Shown: one piece after another, positions 9,814 to 19,840 of the stretch
Layout: the number at the start of each line of letters is the position of its first letter
Position numbering within the stretch: the stretch's first letter is position 1
Virus record (IMG/VR): IMGVR_UViG_3300046695_000002
Coordinates: 1 to 61,313 of that record
Source of the DNA: a virus
Lineage: Duplodnaviria; Caudoviricetes
Length of the DNA stretch: 61,313 bases
Reading direction: 5' to 3' (one strand)
Position numbers and translations under genes: made by a program
Notes under the pieces: generated by a model
The model's database searches: none
Seen by the model: the letters and a program-made list of their open reading frames with translations, nothing else
Told to the model about the DNA's origin: nothing

Positions 9814-10197
9814 ATGAGATCATTAAAATTAGCAGTATTGAGTTTATTTCTATGGACTTTTTCTGCCTTTAGTCAGGATATAGGCATACGTTACTTTCAA
9901 GGTAATTATAACGGTACTGATCAGTCTATTATAGCTACTCCGGGATTAGGAAAGAGATTGTGCGTTAGGTCTCTTGTCTTATCAACGGAAGATACTAACA
10001 CGGACTGGAGATTCCTAAGTAAACCTACTGGTGCTTCCACAGCTTTCATACCAAATATAGATTATCCATCTAATTCAGGAATCGTATTACCGCCTGATAA
10101 TACTTGCTGGTTTATTTTACCTGAGAATACAGCTTGGGTAGTTACGACTAATAACCCAGTAGATATCTTTGGTACGTATAAGATTGTTCCAAAATAA
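9814..10197 (+). CDS. paralog of the preceding protein with a Sec signal peptide
   Basis: MRSLKLAVLSLFLWTFSAFS|QD; mature part aligns with the 9365 ORF (GxYNGxxQSxxAxPGxGK, LVxSxED, LP..WF). Start re-called to ATG 9814. Confidence 0.75.
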   Translation: MRSLKLAVLSLFLWTFSAFSQDIGIRYFQGNYNGTDQSIIATPGLGKRLCVRSLVLSTEDTNTDWRFLSKPTGASTAFIPNIDYPSNSGIVLPPDNTCWFILPENTAWVVTTNNPVDIFGTYKIVPK

Positions 10198-10206
10198 TGG
10201 TACCGA

Positions 10207-11736
10207 ATGTTTAAGCGGAAGATTTTATTTGTAGTATTAAGTGCATTTTCCGCTTCTTTAGTGTTTTTAGTTTTTAGCTCAACTCAGGCAATTGCACAAT
10301 CTGATTATGTTAATTCCTTTCAACCTGTAGAGATTACAATCCCGGCGGGTTCGACTAGTGCAACTGCTACCATTACATCAGTAGGGTCTAGTGCTTTTAT
10401 TTTGTACGGGGGTCAAAGAACCTCAATAAGTGTCGTACATAATAAAGCATTAGGAAGGATCGAGTTAACTAATTCTACTACTGTAACAGCTTATAGAGAT
10501 GCATCTGATGCAACAGCTACTGTAACAGTTAGCGGTACAGTTATAGATGCCAAGTCTACTATTGTAACTGGGATCCAAGTAGGGACTATTACCATTGCTG
10601 CTAGTTCTACTTCAGGAACAGCTACTATTACGAGTGTTGATACAACGAAAAGTGCTGTTCATTTTCTTGGCATGACGACTAACAGCACTGCTAATAATAC
10701 AGCTACTAACTACCCTAGATTAGCATTAACTAACGCAACCACTGTTACAGCTACAAGAAATAGTTCGGCAGCGACTACAGTAACAGTTGGTTATGAGGTT
10801 ATCACGTTTGCATCGGGTGCTATTCAGTCAATTCAACCTATAACACATTCAATAACAGATACTAATACAAGCTCTACTAGTACAATTACTAGTGTAACTA
10901 CTTCTAATGCTTTTTTACTTTGGGGAGGATTTACTTGTTCCTCCTCTAACTGGGATCGGACTGCGGTTTATTCGACTCTTACCAATGGTACAACGGTTAC
11001 TTTTACTAGAAGTGGTACTACTAGTGCAGCTAGAAATGTAAATTTAACAGTTGTTGAATTTGTAAGTGGAGTGCTTTCTCAAAAGCAAACAGGAAATACA
11101 TCTCTTGCTACTGTGACTTCTGCTGATACCACTATAACATCATCAGCATTAACTAGAAGTGTTGCATATACGACAGGGTTTAGTTCTGATCAAACAGGTG
11201 CAGTACAGTCAGATGTTTCTACAACTGTTAAACAGTTTGATGCTACTACTATTCGATCTCAAAAAGGTACTACTACTGGAACATCTTCTGCTGGGTGGGG
11301 TATTCTTGAATTTAACTTAAGTCCTACTCCTACTCCTACTATTACCCCTACGTTTACACTTACACCAACGAATACACCAACGAATACTCCTACAAATACT
11401 TTTACCCCTACTATTACACCTACTATTACGCTTACACCAACGAATACTCCTACAAATATTCCTACAAATACACCAACGAATACTTTTACCCCTACTATTA
11501 CACCTACGTTTACGCTTACGCCAACGAATACTCCTACTATTACACTTACACCTACTATTACACCTACGTTTACGCTTACGCCAACGAATACTCCTACAGT
11601 AACACTTACACCTACGCCAACGAATACTTTTACCCCTACAGTAACACTTACACCTACACCAAATGTCACAGCTACTCCCACTGTAACGGCTACACCAAAA
11701 AGGATACTAAGACGTACTATGGGAGTTGGGCAGTGA
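10207..11736 (+). CDS. secreted-type S/T-rich repeat protein with Pro-Thr linker
   Basis: Signal peptide ending AIA|QSD; four ~87-aa repeats (Q...TI...TATITSV...LTNxTTVTxxR...VxEF); ~125-aa PT stretch. Confidence 0.8.
   Translation: MFKRKILFVVLSAFSASLVFLVFSSTQAIAQSDYVNSFQPVEITIPAGSTSATATITSVGSSAFILYGGQRTSISVVHNKALGRIELTNSTTVTAYRDASDATATVTVSGTVIDAKSTIVTGIQVGTITIAASSTSGTATITSVDTTKSAVHFLGMTTNSTANNTATNYPRLALTNATTVTATRNSSAATTVTVGYEVITFASGAIQSIQPITHSITDTNTSSTSTITSVTTSNAFLLWGGFTCSSSNWDRTAVYSTLTNGTTVTFTRSGTTSAARNVNLTVVEFVSGVLSQKQTGNTSLATVTSADTTITSSALTRSVAYTTGFSSDQTGAVQSDVSTTVKQFDATTIRSQKGTTTGTSSAGWGILEFNLSPTPTPTITPTFTLTPTNTPTNTPTNTFTPTITPTITLTPTNTPTNIPTNTPTNTFTPTITPTFTLTPTNTPTITLTPTITPTFTLTPTNTPTVTLTPTPTNTFTPTVTLTPTPNVTATPTVTATPKRILRRTMGVGQ
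11323..11697 (+). repeat. coding low-complexity Pro-Thr repeats
   Basis: Repeated ACACCAACGAAT/CCTACTATTAC units encoding TPTNTPT/TLTPT. Confidence 0.9.
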
Positions 11737-12299
11737 AAGCACTTTCATTCGAAGGTTTTGTAAATCTTATGGAGGAAAAGAAATATAGAATTTCGGTTGA
11801 AGGGGAGTTGAATATAATAGGGTATAGAAACAGATTTGGCAGGGCTAACTATTTTGACGATGTGATTTCAGTTTATCAGAATAAAGCAACAGGTTGGAAA
11901 GAATGGCATTACGAGGCAACTACACTACCTGGCACTCCCAGCCTTTTAAAGCCGGTTAATTCAAAAGGGGCTGCGATACTTGTGCCAGGGCAGTATATTA
12001 ATGCCTATGCTATCGGGTTTCACAGGAATAAGTACAAGGCTTTAATACAGGTAAAGCCTGTCAGAGTGTACAGAGACAGGGATAAAGATGGTGTGCTTGA
12101 TATTGACGAGGCTAGTATCGAGACAGGGTTGTTCGGAATTAATATCCATAGAGCTAGTTTGAATAATTTAATCGTAGGGCCGGATAGCGCCGGCTGTCAG
12201 GTCATTCATAAAAGAACTGATTATAATGAGTTTATATCTCTTTGTGACGCAACTAAAGAACAGAAGAATAGGTTCACCTACACGTTAGTAGATCTCTAG
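11733..12299 (+). CDS. putative endolysin, L,D-transpeptidase (YkuD)-like His/Cys motif
   Basis: GINIH-x12-SAGCQV catalytic-like motif; PGQY and GxHxxKYxAL motifs of a phage cell-wall enzyme family. Confidence 0.55.
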   Translation: MKALSFEGFVNLMEEKKYRISVEGELNIIGYRNRFGRANYFDDVISVYQNKATGWKEWHYEATTLPGTPSLLKPVNSKGAAILVPGQYINAYAIGFHRNKYKALIQVKPVRVYRDRDKDGVLDIDEASIETGLFGINIHRASLNNLIVGPDSAGCQVIHKRTDYNEFISLCDATKEQKNRFTYTLVDL

Positions 12300-12312
12300 T
12301 TGGAAAAGAATA

Positions 12313-15300
12313 ATGGCAACTATTACTTCCGCTGCAACAGGAAATTGGGCTACAGGAGCTAACTGGGTTGGAGGAGTAGCGCCTGTAGCCGGAGATCTGG
12401 CAATTATTGCTAATACTCATATTGTTACTATTCCTGTATCGACAACGGTTACTGTAGGAACTGCTCAACCAACAGGGACCACTGTATTTGCAATTGACGT
12501 ACAAGCGGGAGGGCAACTTGTAAATAACGGTACTTTTAATTGTAGAGGTAATTTTAGGTGTTCTAATTCGAATACAACTAGAAGTTATATTCAAGGAGCC
12601 GGAGCACCCTTTAACTTTGACTTTACTGCTACTACCGATCCTACTAATCAGAGATACGATTTCATTCAGCCTTCTCAATATCCAGGTACTCAGCCAAGTG
12701 CTCAGATAAACGGTACTGCTGGATCACATGCTACTTTTACTGCAATTGGTGGAGGAAAAGGAGAATTTACAGGAACAGGTGCAAATTACTTTTCTCTTTT
12801 AGAAGCGTATTACTGTGACTTCTCTAATCTAGGGTCTGCTTCTAGGAATATGATTACGCCTAGCATAACTGGAGATGGGAGTTCTGATCCAGGAACTAAG
12901 TTTATTATAGAAAATTGTACTTTCAACAATTGCGGGCCGATTAATACTAACGGGGTTCATGTAGATAGCCGGGCTGTATTTAGACTTAAAAACAATAAAT
13001 GGACTAACTCTTTACAAGGTTATTGTCTACGTACTGATTCTTATGGAGCCCGGTTAGGCAGTAGTTCTGAAAGAAGAATTGAAGGCAATACTCTTGATAA
13101 ACGTCCTCAGTTTTACTCACCCTCTGACATGGTTATCAAAAATAACTTCATACCAGATGGGTGGCTTACTACAGCTGGTGTTAATCCTTGGCAAGAGTTT
13201 AGTGGCAATACAATTAGAATAACCGGAACTAGTTTCAATGATCCTCCAGTAAACGGGCCTTTTGTAAATAACCTCATAGCTTTTGATGCAGCTGTTACTA
13301 ATCCACATCTTTCGAGTGTGGGTGTGTTTAGTAATGCTAGTACTTATCTAGTCCAAGGAAATGTATTTAAATTCACTGGATCAGATGCGACTGGGGATTG
13401 TATTACTATTGGATCTCCCGCGACTCCGATTACCATTAGTGTATTAGGAAATATAGTTCTTCCTAACGAGTCTGGAGAAAGTACTGGAACATTATTGTCT
13501 GCATTAGGTAACGCAAACGTTACTCTTATTATTGATCATAATACTGCTTTTCTAGGAACAGGGGGCGGTGTTGCTCTTGGTGAAACTTATGCTGGCCATG
13601 CAAATATGGTTACATCAGGCAGGAGTAATCTTTTCTGGGATACTTCGGCTAGAGGTTATAAGTTCTATGACAGCGGTACAGATGACACTGTTAGCAATTT
13701 AGCTGCTTCTGGAATTTTGGATTATAACGGAGGGTATAATGTCGTAGCTGGCAGTAATCTAAAAGGTTACCATCATCTTGAGTTTAGTTCAGGCGCTCCT
13801 GGCGCTCATGATGTAAGTGGCAACCCTAATTTCGTAGATGTGAATGCAGATTTTGACACTTGGGATGGAAGTCTTGGGGGCGCCGGCACATTCGCGGCAG
13901 CGTTCACTAGGCTTAGAAATGATCCTACTTTATCGGCCTCACTTCTTAGTTATATACGCAATGGCTTTGCCCCTGCTAATGTTATTTATCAGAATACTGG
14001 GCATGACAGTACAACTATAGGTGCTACTCCTTTTAGCGGAACCTCAACGGCTACTACCTTTACTTTGACCGGTCCTGCTAGTGGCTTAGTTAATACAGCC
14101 AGCACTAATTTTACCGTCACTCCAAACGGTAATTACACTGGCACTGTTACCCCTACTGCGACAGGTGGAGGAACTTTTACTCCGACTACTTTAACTTGGT
14201 CTAATACTTCCACAGCTCAGACTTTCACTTATACGCCTACGACTTCAGGAAGTAAGACTGTTGCTATTGTTAATTCTGGAGGATTGAGTAATCCAGGCAG
14301 TATTGCCTACACATCTACTCCTACAGCAGCAACTGGATTTACTTTTACTGGTCCCACTAATGGATTAGTGGGAGTAGCCAGTACTAATTTTAGTGTTACT
14401 CCAAATGGGTCGTTTACTGGAACTGTAACACCTTCTTCAGGTGGGGGAGGAGGAAGTTTTACTCCAAGTTCACTGACTTGGAGTAACGATAACTCAGTAA
14501 AGACTTTTACTTATACTCCGACAACGGAAGGTTCAAAGACAATAAGCATTACTAACAATGCTGCTTTAACTAATCCTGCTGATTTGACCTATATTGCTTC
14601 TAGTGGCGTAGCTACAACTTTCACATTTACAGGACCAACTGAAGGAGAAGTAGGTTTAGTAAGTGCTCCCTTTACTGTAACCCCGAATGCTGCTTATTCA
14701 GGATCCGTAACGCCTGTAGCAATAGGTGGAGGAACTTTTAGCCCGAGTAGTCTTATTTGGACTGCCAGCAACGCTTCTCAGAGCTTTACTTATACTCCTA
14801 CTAGTGAAGGCGGAAAGACGATTAGCCTCACTAACTCGCAAGCCATTACTAATCCAGCCGCTTTACCTTACACGGCACTTCCTAGAAGTGCTTCTGGATT
14901 TACGGTTAGTGGACCTACGGTAGGTTATGTAGGTGAAGCTAGTACTGACTTCACTGTGACTCCTAACGGAAGATACACGGGCACCATAACTCCTAGTGCT
15001 GGTTCAGGTGGGGGAACTTTTACGCCTGCATATTTATATTGGAGTGAAAGCAGTGCTTCAAAGATGTTTGTATATACGCCTGATACGGAAGGTGCAAAAT
15101 CAATTACGTTGGCTACTTCAGGTAGTTTATTACCCCCGGCTATTATTACTTACAACGCATCTAAGCGTGTAACCACTAGCCTTACCTGTACGCCGGATCC
15201 ATGTGATTATTATCCTTTTAATCAGCCTGGATGTAATACGGCAGTTTCTTATGGAGGGATGCCAGGACCGTATCCATGTAGCCCGGCTGTTCCTATATTA

Positions 15301-15924
15301 AAGAGTAACTTCACGGTCCCGGCTGCAAATACCTCAGTTGTTCTTAAAGTTAGTGATACTTCAATGCTGTATGTAGGTGAAGGTATAAAGATAGGGCCTG
15401 GTTATTTTCAGATCGTTGATATTTTAAGTTCAGACAGTATTGAAGCTCAGCATAACGGGATGAATACGACTGTAGGCTTATCCATGGTTGCTACTCATCC
15501 ATCTCAAGGTTGTTCCCAGTATCCTATAACTCCTGCTGGCGTGGTTTCTCTTCAGATTACGCCAACAGTTAAAGGCAGGGCTGCAAATGGAACTGTAGTA
15601 AATAATTCAGTGACTCTGACAGGATCTAGTAATTACTTAAGCTACGGATTTTCAGGTCCTAGAAGATTAGTTATGGATATTTCCATTGAAGCTACGATTG
15701 CAAACAGTCCTTATGGATTGAGTATTAGCTTACCTAAAACAAGTAAGACTAGTAACCCGGCTATACCGGCTTTTTCAGCTTCTTTTTATGATGGTACTAA
15801 GTGGATTGTATTGGCGACAGTTTTAGCTTCAAGTGATTTATTTCTGTGGAAGCCTGACAATACTGTAATTACTTCAGCGAGCGTAATACTTAGAGTAAGT
15901 GGTTCTTACGAGGCTAGTTCATGA
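12313..15924 (+). CDS. large adhesin/tailspike: beta-helix, four Ig-like repeats and C-terminal anchor-like domain
   Basis: G8-like start (ITSAATGNW..W.GGV.P), parallel beta-helix residues, four ~93-aa repeats TFTGP..G.V..AS..FTVTPN at ~14050-15160. Confidence 0.75.
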   Translation: MATITSAATGNWATGANWVGGVAPVAGDLAIIANTHIVTIPVSTTVTVGTAQPTGTTVFAIDVQAGGQLVNNGTFNCRGNFRCSNSNTTRSYIQGAGAPFNFDFTATTDPTNQRYDFIQPSQYPGTQPSAQINGTAGSHATFTAIGGGKGEFTGTGANYFSLLEAYYCDFSNLGSASRNMITPSITGDGSSDPGTKFIIENCTFNNCGPINTNGVHVDSRAVFRLKNNKWTNSLQGYCLRTDSYGARLGSSSERRIEGNTLDKRPQFYSPSDMVIKNNFIPDGWLTTAGVNPWQEFSGNTIRITGTSFNDPPVNGPFVNNLIAFDAAVTNPHLSSVGVFSNASTYLVQGNVFKFTGSDATGDCITIGSPATPITISVLGNIVLPNESGESTGTLLSALGNANVTLIIDHNTAFLGTGGGVALGETYAGHANMVTSGRSNLFWDTSARGYKFYDSGTDDTVSNLAASGILDYNGGYNVVAGSNLKGYHHLEFSSGAPGAHDVSGNPNFVDVNADFDTWDGSLGGAGTFAAAFTRLRNDPTLSASLLSYIRNGFAPANVIYQNTGHDSTTIGATPFSGTSTATTFTLTGPASGLVNTASTNFTVTPNGNYTGTVTPTATGGGTFTPTTLTWSNTSTAQTFTYTPTTSGSKTVAIVNSGGLSNPGSIAYTSTPTAATGFTFTGPTNGLVGVASTNFSVTPNGSFTGTVTPSSGGGGGSFTPSSLTWSNDNSVKTFTYTPTTEGSKTISITNNAALTNPADLTYIASSGVATTFTFTGPTEGEVGLVSAPFTVTPNAAYSGSVTPVAIGGGTFSPSSLIWTASNASQSFTYTPTSEGGKTISLTNSQAITNPAALPYTALPRSASGFTVSGPTVGYVGEASTDFTVTPNGRYTGTITPSAGSGGGTFTPAYLYWSESSASKMFVYTPDTEGAKSITLATSGSLLPPAIITYNASKRVTTSLTCTPDPCDYYPFNQPGCNTAVSYGGMPGPYPCSPAVPILKSNFTVPAANTSVVLKVSDTSMLYVGEGIKIGPGYFQIVDILSSDSIEAQHNGMNTTVGLSMVATHPSQGCSQYPITPAGVVSLQITPTVKGRAANGTVVNNSVTLTGSSNYLSYGFSGPRRLVMDISIEATIANSPYGLSISLPKTSKTSNPAIPAFSASFYDGTKWIVLATVLASSDLFLWKPDNTVITSASVILRVSGSYEASS

Positions 15925-16283
15925 GTAAGTGTGATCCTTACCCCATAGAATTTAAACAGCCTTACTATACTCAGCCGTGTGAGGAGTTGACGGAAGATCA
16001 TGCTAGGCACGTCATATTACATCAGTATGTAGGCTGTGTGAGAATTCCTAATCAATGGGCAGTACCGGCTAACAATTCAGGCATTAAATTACAACTCCCG
16101 GCTGTAGTTGATTTAGTTGTTGGATCCTGTCTTTGGAATCCTGACTTTGGTTATTTTTTGATTACTAGTTTTGACAAGCAAGGCCAGATTGTAACCATAG
16201 AAAGGAAAAGTACAGCTACAACAGCACAGCCGGGGACACTTGTGCCTTCATGTACTAAGTTTATTTTTGCGCCAAACATATGA
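15921..16283 (+). CDS. small tail-fibre-associated protein
   Basis: Shares the WxVP...GYF.I...PGT.VP domain with both neighbours; ATGA-coupled. Confidence 0.7.
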   Translation: MSKCDPYPIEFKQPYYTQPCEELTEDHARHVILHQYVGCVRIPNQWAVPANNSGIKLQLPAVVDLVVGSCLWNPDFGYFLITSFDKQGQIVTIERKSTATTAQPGTLVPSCTKFIFAPNI

Positions 16284-17956
16284 GCTGCAAACCGTGTGGA
16301 CCTAGCATTACTTCTGGACCTAAACCTTATTATGAAGAGGTACAGAAAAATGTTGTTCAAAATCATGAAACTATAATCCAACAAACTAAGCATGCAGTTG
16401 GTGTTCTTATCTCTGAGCCTTGGACAGTTCCAGAACTAGGAGAAGAAATAACAGTACACATTGAAGGAGTGACTGTAATTCCAATTGGAATACAGCTTCA
16501 TAGTCCTCAATATGGATATTTTAGAGTTGCTCATTGGAATCCTCACACAGGACAGGCCGGTATAGTTAATGATGGGATTGTTGGAACCGCTGAACCTGGA
16601 ACCTTTGTTCCTAATTTCATACCTTTTACACCTACTCCTAAACCTTGTTGTCAAGATGATACATCTACTTTTCTGCCTTTCTTAGCAGAGAACTTTATTG
16701 CTCCTCAAGTCAATCTTAGTAAAGATGTAGATGTTACTAGTGTCTTTGGTTTAATGATTGGAAACTATGTCCGAATTGGAAGCGGCTTATACAGACTTGA
16801 TGAAATAAAATCGAGTAAACGAATACGTATATTTAATAAAGGAGCCGGTCATGCTCCTGGTGCTCAAGTATTAGCTAAAGATTCTAACGGAGAGTATCAG
16901 TATTTACTTACTACCGAAGCGTCTTATGTCTGTACTGCTGATATAGATTCAACTAGTGGCAGGTTAATTATTTGCGATGCGGGTAGTCAGAAGATCATTA
17001 CGGGATCTGCGGTTGGGCAGGTCATGAAACTTTCTGATCCTGTGACTGGATTAGCTGAATATGCATTGATAAGTAGTTCAAGTATTAACGATGGAGCTGT
17101 CACGACTGCTAAAATTGCTAATGCAGCTGTTGATAATAGTAAGTTAGGAAATGCTTCGGTTAATACTGCCAAGATTGCAAACGGAGCAGTTGATAACTTA
17201 CAGCTTGCAGATGGATCGATCAGTGAAAGTAAACTTCAATTCAATAGTGTCTCTACAGCTATTATTCAAGTTGATGCTGTCAGGACTGATCGTCTTTTAA
17301 ATAATGCTGTAACAAACTCTAAACTTGCAGATGATGCAGTTACAGCAGCTAAGATATTAAACGGTACTGTCGGTACGCTTGAAATAGCAGATAATGCTGT
17401 TACTAATATAAAAATTGCAGACCAATCTATTACTTATGCGAAGTTAGCTTTAGGTGCTGTAACCTCGGATATTATTCAAGATGGTTCCGTTGCTACTATT
17501 GACTTAGCCAGTGGTGCCGTAACCAGCGATAAGCTTGGTTTAAATTCAGTTCTGCCTGAACACTTCGGTCCTTTAGGAGCTATTGGTGGATTCAATTCTA
17601 CATTAGCTATAGATACAGCTGAAGGCGGGTTTTCCGCAGCACCAGCAGCGTATTATTACAGAATAGGCAATTTAATTCTTGTCCAGGTAGTTGCGGCAGG
17701 GACAACTGATACAGGCTTTACTGAGCTTAAATTCAGCCTTCCCACGGCCACTAGAAACGAAGGCTTAAGTACAGACTCAGAATGGCCGGCTTTTGTAACT
17801 AGACCTATTAATGCCGCAGGTGGAGGATTTGTTTCAGCTAAGACTGTTTGGGGAGTGGGCGGCGGAACAGGTGGCTACATACAGTTTCTCTTCGTAGGCG
17901 TTGGAGTGGGAGTAGCCGTTAATTTTCAAGGCTGGGGAGTGTATCCATACAAATAA
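16280..17956 (+). CDS. tail fibre with 10-residue repeats
   Basis: About 15 tandem (D/N)xAVTxxK(I/L)A decapeptides at ~17085-17555; C-terminal YYRIGNLILVQ fibre-tip-like domain. Confidence 0.8.
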   Translation: MSCKPCGPSITSGPKPYYEEVQKNVVQNHETIIQQTKHAVGVLISEPWTVPELGEEITVHIEGVTVIPIGIQLHSPQYGYFRVAHWNPHTGQAGIVNDGIVGTAEPGTFVPNFIPFTPTPKPCCQDDTSTFLPFLAENFIAPQVNLSKDVDVTSVFGLMIGNYVRIGSGLYRLDEIKSSKRIRIFNKGAGHAPGAQVLAKDSNGEYQYLLTTEASYVCTADIDSTSGRLIICDAGSQKIITGSAVGQVMKLSDPVTGLAEYALISSSSINDGAVTTAKIANAAVDNSKLGNASVNTAKIANGAVDNLQLADGSISESKLQFNSVSTAIIQVDAVRTDRLLNNAVTNSKLADDAVTAAKILNGTVGTLEIADNAVTNIKIADQSITYAKLALGAVTSDIIQDGSVATIDLASGAVTSDKLGLNSVLPEHFGPLGAIGGFNSTLAIDTAEGGFSAAPAAYYYRIGNLILVQVVAAGTTDTGFTELKFSLPTATRNEGLSTDSEWPAFVTRPINAAGGGFVSAKTVWGVGGGTGGYIQFLFVGVGVGVAVNFQGWGVYPYK

Positions 17957-19840
17957 ATGGCAGCACCTTTAGCAGACGGACAACTTAGTTTCGAAGGCGG
18001 GCAAGATGCTTCTTTGCCACCTAGCCGGTTGCCTGAAAATAAGTTTCATTCAGGAATAAATATCAGTACTTCTAGGGGAATTATCAGATCTAGATATGGT
18101 TATGAAAGAAAGACCTTGAAGTTCCCTGAAGGCGGTTATGCCTACACTGTCAATCATATAGTTGATTTTAAGAAAGTATTTGAAACCGGTAAGTTTCAAG
18201 CAATGGCTCCTTACCAGATCGGGATTAAGCATTATATTGTAGTCGTTATTTCAGGAATTATATACCTCATTAATCAAGACACTTATGATGTTACTGTTTT
18301 AACTATCGGACGAGATACACAACTCAATGAAAGTGCGGCTAGAATAAATTGGAGCCCGGCTGGGAGGTTTTTAGTTCTATTTGATTTTCCTTCCAAGCCA
18401 ATCATTATTGAAGGACAGAACGCAAGACGTGCTAATCCAGATTTAAATGAATTACCTACTTCAAATCTGGGTGTTTACAATCAAAGCCGTCTTTTCTTTT
18501 CAAATATAGGTAATGAATTTACAGGAGGAGATCCGATAGGAAACTTGCTTACTCCTAATGCGCCTATCACTGCCGAAGAAATTACATTATCCGGCAGTCC
18601 TTATTTTGCAGAGATTTATCAAGCGCCTTCTAAATATGATGCCCCTATTAGTGCAATGGCGACTTTACAAGTTAGCGATACTTCAACGGGCATAGGACCC
18701 CTCTTAGTTGCAACTAAAAAAGAAATCTTTGTTTATAACACAGTTGGCCCAAGAGAAAGTTGGATTACTCGATCAGGTACGGCGGATTCAGGACAGTTCG
18801 GGAAATCTATTTCTGATAATGCAGGGATTGCAGGAGCACGAGCTTTTGTAAACGTAAATTCGGATTTGTTTTTTATATCTTCAGACGGACAGATGCGTTC
18901 CATTACTGTCTCTAAGGATGAGCAACGTAAATGGGCACGCGTGCCTATGAATGTAGAAGTGAGTAATTGGGTGAGTTATTTATCGCCTGACTTAGTAGAT
19001 TTTTCTACTTTAACTTACTTTAAGAATAAGATTTTTTGGACAGTTCGGCCTTATCGCATCTTTGCCAAGAGGCTTAATGGGAATCGAATATTAGACATAG
19101 CTCATTCAGGACTCGTAGTTTTGGAGACTGATAATTTATCCAGATTGGGAGTATTTTCTGCGCCTTCTTGGGCAGGTTTATGGACGGGTATCAGGCCGTT
19201 GGATATGTGCGTAACTAATGAACGTATGTTTGTAATGTCTAAAGACTACTATAGCCGAAATAGTTTTTACGAAGTTGATCCTGAATTAAAAGTGGACAGA
19301 ACACAGCAAGGTGAGCGCCGGCAGATAAAGGGAGTCATATACACCCGAGAGCATTTCTTCCAAGATATGTTCAGTATCAAAAGCCTAGAGAATGTCGAGC
19401 TAGGTGTAACTAATATATCGGGTCAATTTGAAGTAGGCGTTGACTTTAAACCTTCACACTCAGCTAACTTTTTATTCTGGAGTAACTTTAAACATAAGGT
19501 CCCAGTTGCGTATAAGACTTTCATGGACGGCGAGATACCTCAGAAAAAAGCAATTTCTTTTAGAGAGCTTAAATTTGGCCTACCTGACAGTGAAGTAGGA
19601 CATCCTATAACTGATGATTTGTACGATCGAGTAAAAAGAGTACAGCTCAGGATTACTCTTAAAGGAGATAGCTGGGAGTTTAATGAATACAGGCTACAGG
19701 CTAATGCTGTACAAGAGAACTCAACCGAATTTATTTCTGACAATCTTACCCAGGAAGCGGACAAGGAAGATAGTTACTCAGACTGGACATACGAAGAGTT
19801 TGGGATCGGATTACCTGATCCAAATCAGGATAACTTATGA
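17957..19840 (+). CDS. tail tubular/nozzle (stabilisation) protein
   Basis: 627-aa beta-rich propeller-like protein beginning with F.GG.D, as in P22 gp10/T7 gp12-type proteins; position fits. Confidence 0.6.
   Translation: MAAPLADGQLSFEGGQDASLPPSRLPENKFHSGINISTSRGIIRSRYGYERKTLKFPEGGYAYTVNHIVDFKKVFETGKFQAMAPYQIGIKHYIVVVISGIIYLINQDTYDVTVLTIGRDTQLNESAARINWSPAGRFLVLFDFPSKPIIIEGQNARRANPDLNELPTSNLGVYNQSRLFFSNIGNEFTGGDPIGNLLTPNAPITAEEITLSGSPYFAEIYQAPSKYDAPISAMATLQVSDTSTGIGPLLVATKKEIFVYNTVGPRESWITRSGTADSGQFGKSISDNAGIAGARAFVNVNSDLFFISSDGQMRSITVSKDEQRKWARVPMNVEVSNWVSYLSPDLVDFSTLTYFKNKIFWTVRPYRIFAKRLNGNRILDIAHSGLVVLETDNLSRLGVFSAPSWAGLWTGIRPLDMCVTNERMFVMSKDYYSRNSFYEVDPELKVDRTQQGERRQIKGVIYTREHFFQDMFSIKSLENVELGVTNISGQFEVGVDFKPSHSANFLFWSNFKHKVPVAYKTFMDGEIPQKKAISFRELKFGLPDSEVGHPITDDLYDRVKRVQLRITLKGDSWEFNEYRLQANAVQENSTEFISDNLTQEADKEDSYSDWTYEEFGIGLPDPNQDNL

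Noticed and set aside
11259-11681. 140-aa Gly/Val-rich ORF on the - strand
   Set aside because: Antisense shadow of the Pro-Thr repeat
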